This document shows, one piece after another, positions 3,287 to 6,603 of a DNA stretch of 6,603 bases. The stretch is from a virus. Position numbers and translations under genes: made by a program. The stretch is from IMG/VR virus record IMGVR_UViG_3300014944_000002; one strand, written 5' to 3'. Below the pieces are notes generated by a model. It made no database searches and had not been told where the DNA came from. It saw only the letters and a program-made list of their open reading frames with translations. How positions within the stretch are numbered: the first letter of the stretch is position 1; the number at the start of each line of letters is the position of its first letter.

Positions 3287-5068
3287 ATGAGTTTATTTTC
3301 GTTAAAGGACATTCGTAATCATCCTAGACGTTCAGCTTTTGACCTTTCGTCTAAGGTTGCTTTTTCGGCTAAATCGGGTGAACTTCTTCCTATTAAGTGG
3401 TATTTTACAATGCCTGGTGATAAGTTTACTTTGAAGCGTCAACATTTTACTCGTACTCAACCTGTTAATACCTCTGCGTACACTCGTATTCGTGAGTATT
3501 ATGATTGGTTTTGGGTTCCCTTGCATCTTTTGTGGCGCAATGCTCCTGAGGTTATTTCTCAAATGCAGTCTAATGTTCAGCATGCAGGTTCGCAAACTTC
3601 TGCGTTAACTCTTGGTAATTATTTACCGACTATTACTAATGCTCAATTGAAGTCTTGCCTTACTAATTTGAAGGATAAAACAAATTATTTTGGTTTTAAC
3701 CGTTCAGATTTATCTTATAAACTTCTACAATATCTTCGTTATGGTAGCTGTAGTAGTGATAATGAAGTTTTTGGGACTTCTGTTAAATATTCGACTTCTT
3801 ATTCTCAGGATTTTCGTTTCGATTTGAATTTGAGTGTTTTCCCTTTGTTGGCGTATAAGAAATTTTGTCAGGATTATTTTCGTTATTCGCAGTGGCAAGA
3901 TTCAAGCCCGTATTTGTGGAATATAGATTATTTTACTGGAGTTTCTCAGCGTTTATTTTCGAATATTCCTTCTTCTGGTGATTCTTATTGGAAAAGCAAT
4001 ACATTGTTTGACCTTGAGTATTGTAATTGGAACAAGGATATGTTTATGGGTGTGTTACCGGATACACAATTTGGTGATGTAGCTTCTATTGATACAGGTG
4101 GATTTAAATCTCAGGATTTGTATGTTGAAGTGAAACCTACATCTTCTTCTTCTTCACGTTTATATCTTGGTGAGAAGACGTCACCTACTGGTACTTGTTT
4201 TTCTGTTAATGCTGGTCCTTCTGCTGTTCCGTCAAATCCGTTGGTAGTTACTATGCCTTCGATTTCTTCATCATTTGATGTACTTGCTCTTCGTCGTGGT
4301 GAGGCTCTTCAACGTTGGAAAGAAATTTCTTTGAATGTTCCTCAGAATTATCGTTCGCAGATTAAAGCCCATTTTGGTGTTGATGTTGGTGAAAACATGT
4401 CGGGTATGTCTATTTATGTCGGTGGTGATTCATCGTCTCTTGATATATCTGAGATTGTTAATACCAATCTTCAGTCTGGTACTTCTCAGTCTGAAGCCGT
4501 TATAGCTGGTAAGGGTGTTGGTTCTTCGCAAGGTTCTGAAAAGTTTGAGGCTCGTGATTGGGGTGTATTGATGTGTATTTATCATAATGTCCCCTTATTG
4601 GATTATGTTCCTTCTGCTCCAGACCCGCAATTGTTTGTCTCTCAGAATACGGATTTGCCTATTCCAGAACTTGATTCTATTGGTATGCAATCTATTCCTA
4701 TATCTATGTATTCTAATAGTAATTTGGAGTTGGTGACCGGATTTAGTTCTTCCGATTTTACTATGGGTTATTTGCCTAGGTATTATAGTTGGAAGACTTC
4801 ATATGATTATGTTTTAGGTTCATTTACTACCACTGAGCAAGAATGGGTTGCTCCTATTACGCCTGCTATTTGGAAGAATATGTTGTCTACTGTTTCTACG
4901 GCGTCTTCTTCTATCACCTATAATATTTTTAAGGTGAATCCTTCTGTTTTGGATAGTATTTTTCAAGTGAATGCTGATTCAAAATGGGATACAGACCCAT
5001 TTTTGATTAATTGTGCGTTTGATGTTAAAGTAGTTCGTAATTTGGATTATTCCGGAATGCCTTATTGA
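3287..5068 (+). CDS. VP1: Major capsid protein VP1 (Microviridae F-like jelly-roll capsid), 593 aa
   Basis: The N-terminal block RRSAFDLSSKVAFSAKSGELLPIKW..MPGDKF...HFTRTQPVNTSAYTRIREYYDWFWVPLHLLW matches, from memory, the conserved Alpavirinae-type VP1 N-terminus. Size, position and strong T3 codon bias are consistent. Confidence 0.94.
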   Translation: MSLFSLKDIRNHPRRSAFDLSSKVAFSAKSGELLPIKWYFTMPGDKFTLKRQHFTRTQPVNTSAYTRIREYYDWFWVPLHLLWRNAPEVISQMQSNVQHAGSQTSALTLGNYLPTITNAQLKSCLTNLKDKTNYFGFNRSDLSYKLLQYLRYGSCSSDNEVFGTSVKYSTSYSQDFRFDLNLSVFPLLAYKKFCQDYFRYSQWQDSSPYLWNIDYFTGVSQRLFSNIPSSGDSYWKSNTLFDLEYCNWNKDMFMGVLPDTQFGDVASIDTGGFKSQDLYVEVKPTSSSSSRLYLGEKTSPTGTCFSVNAGPSAVPSNPLVVTMPSISSSFDVLALRRGEALQRWKEISLNVPQNYRSQIKAHFGVDVGENMSGMSIYVGGDSSSLDISEIVNTNLQSGTSQSEAVIAGKGVGSSQGSEKFEARDWGVLMCIYHNVPLLDYVPSAPDPQLFVSQNTDLPIPELDSIGMQSIPISMYSNSNLELVTGFSSSDFTMGYLPRYYSWKTSYDYVLGSFTTTEQEWVAPITPAIWKNMLSTVSTASSSITYNIFKVNPSVLDSIFQVNADSKWDTDPFLINCAFDVKVVRNLDYSGMPY

Positions 5069-5069
5069 T

Positions 5070-5525
5070 ATGAAAAAGAAAGAATATTTACAACATGAGT
5101 TTAACGGTTCTTTTGATATTGCTCATACAAAAGTTCCTGTACAAGATAAGTTAATGCAGCTGTCTACTGTTAAGTATAAGGACGGTTCTATTTCTGTTTC
5201 CAATGATATTACGTTGATTTTTAACCAGCAAAGGTTGGAAAATAAATTGACTGCTATTGAATTGCGTGAATATATTCAGCGTTATACTCCTAATAAGTCG
5301 GTATATACTGCTCAGTTGGATGATGAAACTTTGTTGAATACTCTTAAGTCGAGACATATTCAATCGTTGTCTGAAATGCGTTCTTGGACTGAATATTGTA
5401 TGGAAAATTATGATTCATTAATCAAAGAAGCTGAAGAAAAGGCTCGTGTTGCTGCTGAAGAACAGGCTGCTGCTGAATCTTCTGCTGCTGTTGAGGCTTC
5501 TTCTGCTTCTGCAACTTCTGAATAG
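5070..5525 (+). CDS. Hypothetical protein, 151 aa, with an acidic Ala/Glu/Ser-rich C-terminal tail. Positional candidate for an internal scaffolding (VP3-like) protein
   Basis: ATG lies 1 nt after the VP1 TGA (TGAtATG), and the TAG lies 2 nt before the VP2 ATG. Codon bias resembles its neighbours. The function is inferred only from size and position between VP1 and VP2. Confidence 0.8.
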   Translation: MKKKEYLQHEFNGSFDIAHTKVPVQDKLMQLSTVKYKDGSISVSNDITLIFNQQRLENKLTAIELREYIQRYTPNKSVYTAQLDDETLLNTLKSRHIQSLSEMRSWTEYCMENYDSLIKEAEEKARVAAEEQAAAESSAAVEASSASATSE

Positions 5526-5527
5526 TT

Positions 5528-6603
5528 ATGGGTTTTAAAGACTTTGCAGGCGGTTTATTTGGTGGTCTTGGTTCTGTTATTTCCGGTGCCATTGGTGCTA
5601 AAACTACGGCGGATACTAATAAGACTAATCTTAAGATAAACCAGATGAATAATGATTTTAACGCTCGTGAAGCCCAAAAAGCCCGTGATTTTCAGTTGGA
5701 TATGTGGAATAGGGAAAATGAATATAATAAGGCTTCTTCTCAGCGTAAGCGCTTGGAAGAAGCCGGCTATAATCCTTATATGAGTGATGCACAGGCCGGT
5801 ACTGCTTCTGGAATGTCCGGTACTTCTGCTGCTACTGCTGCTGGTGCTGCTCCTCAAATTCCGTATACTCCTGATTTTCAATCTGTTGGCGTTAATTTGG
5901 CTTCTGCGTTAAAAATGATGTCTGAGAAGAAACAGACTGATATTGAGAATCTCAATATGTCTGATTTGTTGCGTTCTCAGATTTGGCAGAATATTGGTGC
6001 TACTGATTGGCGTAACGCATCTCCCGAGGCGCGTGCGTATAATCTTTCTCAAGGCCGTAAGGCTGCCGAACTTGGTATGGCTTCCCTTGAAGAAAATCTT
6101 TCCAATCAGCGTTGGAGTAACAATTTGCTTGTTGCTAATATTGCGAATTCTCTTCTTGATGCTGATACTAAAACTATTTTAAATAAGTATCTTGACCAAC
6201 AGCAATTGGCTGAATTAAATGTTAAGGCTGCTAATTATGAGTATCTTGTTATGAGTGGTCAATTGAAGAGACAAGAAGTTAATAATCTTATTGCTGAAGA
6301 AATTGAGACTTATGCGCGTGCTAATGGTCATAATCTTCAGAACCGTATTTTACGCGAGACTTCGGACGGTGTGATTCGTGCTACTAATAATACTAATTTT
6401 TATTTTGGTTCGTATTATCACAGTAGAGCATTTAATGCTGGTTCCGATGCGTTTCATGATTCTTCTATCTTGCGTTCCCAGGCTGGTACTGCTGCTGAGG
6501 GTTATAAACAATCTGCATTTGATACCAAGTTGCAGCCTTGGCGTGAGGCACTTAACTCTACTAATATGATTTTTAATGGAATTGGTTCTGGATTGGATAC
6601 ATA
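5528..6603 (+). CDS. VP2: Minor capsid / DNA pilot protein VP2, 3'-truncated by the window edge. The full gene is 5528-6504 joined to 1-157, giving 377 aa
   Basis: My manual translation from ATG 5528 found no stop up to the window end. It reads MGFKDFAGGLFGGLGSVISGAIGAK...NNDFNAREAQKARDFQLDMWNRENEYNKASSQRKRLEEAGYNPYM... A Gly-rich N-terminus plus the FN.REA.K.R.FQ..M and AGYNP blocks are typical of microvirus VP2/H-like pilot proteins. Confidence 0.88.
   Translation, partial: MGFKDFAGGLFGGLGSVISGAIGAKTTADTNKTNLKINQMNNDFNAREAQKARDFQLDMWNRENEYNKASSQRKRLEEAGYNPYMSDAQAGTASGMSGTSAATAAGAAPQIPYTPDFQSVGVNLASALKMMSEKKQTDIENLNMSDLLRSQIWQNIGATDWRNASPEARAYNLSQGRKAAELGMASLEENLSNQRWSNNLLVANIANSLLDADTKTILNKYLDQQQLAELNVKAANYEYLVMSGQLKRQEVNNLIAEEIETYARANGHNLQNRILRETSDGVIRATNNTNFYFGSYYHSRAFNAGSDAFHDSSILRSQAGTAAEGYKQSAFDTKLQPWREALNSTNMIFNGIGSGLDT
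6505..6603. repeat. Terminal direct repeat, copy 2 (identical to 1-99)
   Basis: Same comparison as copy 1. Position 6505 corresponds to position 1. Confidence 0.97.

Larger units (their letters stand above)
1..6504 (+). other. One complete genome unit of a circular ssDNA Microviridae phage (Alpavirinae-like)
   Basis: Full microvirus core gene set (VP4 rep, VP1 capsid, VP2 pilot), all on one strand with 1-13 nt gaps between the late genes. The 99-nt exact terminal overlap closes the circle, and the VP2 frame stays in phase across the junction. The size of about 6.5 kb fits the large-genome microvirus lineages. Confidence 0.85.

Noticed and set aside
5943-6182. 79-aa hydrophobic +1-frame ORF inside VP2, and the similar 63-aa ORF at 6378-6569
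   Set aside because: Both start at non-ATG codons (TTG and GTG) and lie inside the pilot-protein gene that the track missed. They show the same composition-driven hydrophobicity, and nothing indicates expression.
1-6603. Search for tRNA, rRNA, CRISPR repeats, integrase, transposase, toxin-antitoxin or defence-system genes
   Set aside because: I saw no cloverleaf-like or rRNA-like segments and no regularly spaced repeats. No ORFs remain unaccounted for that could encode such functions, because the coding capacity is used up by the microvirus gene set.

Overview
The window is one complete, circularly permuted genome of a small ssDNA phage of the family Microviridae. It looks Alpavirinae-like (the Bacteroidales-associated lineage) and is not bacterial chromosome. 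Bases 1-99 are identical to 6505-6603, so the true unit is 6,504 nt and the contig was linearised inside the VP2 (DNA pilot) gene. All supported genes are on the + strand and tightly packed. In order they are three small tandem ORFs (416-595, 598-798, 875-1066) and the rolling-circle replication initiator VP4 (1345-3066, with HUH and YxxxY motifs). Next come a 67-aa membrane or lipoprotein-like ORF (3080-3283), major capsid protein VP1 (3287-5068) and a 151-aa scaffold-candidate ORF (5070-5525). Last is VP2, which starts at 5528, crosses the junction and stops at 157. VP2 is missing from the supplied ORF track because it has no stop inside the window. Non-coding DNA is confined to 158-415, 799-874 and 1067-1344. 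It carries an intrinsic terminator, a Bacteroides-type -33/-7 promoter and several GC-rich hairpins. I saw no tRNA, rRNA, CRISPR array, integrase or transposase. The most interesting items are the paralogous small-ORF array, the stand-alone small membrane protein as a lysis or exclusion candidate, and an unusually long +1-frame ORF overprinted on the catalytic core of VP4. Family assignments come from motif recognition from memory, not from a database search.
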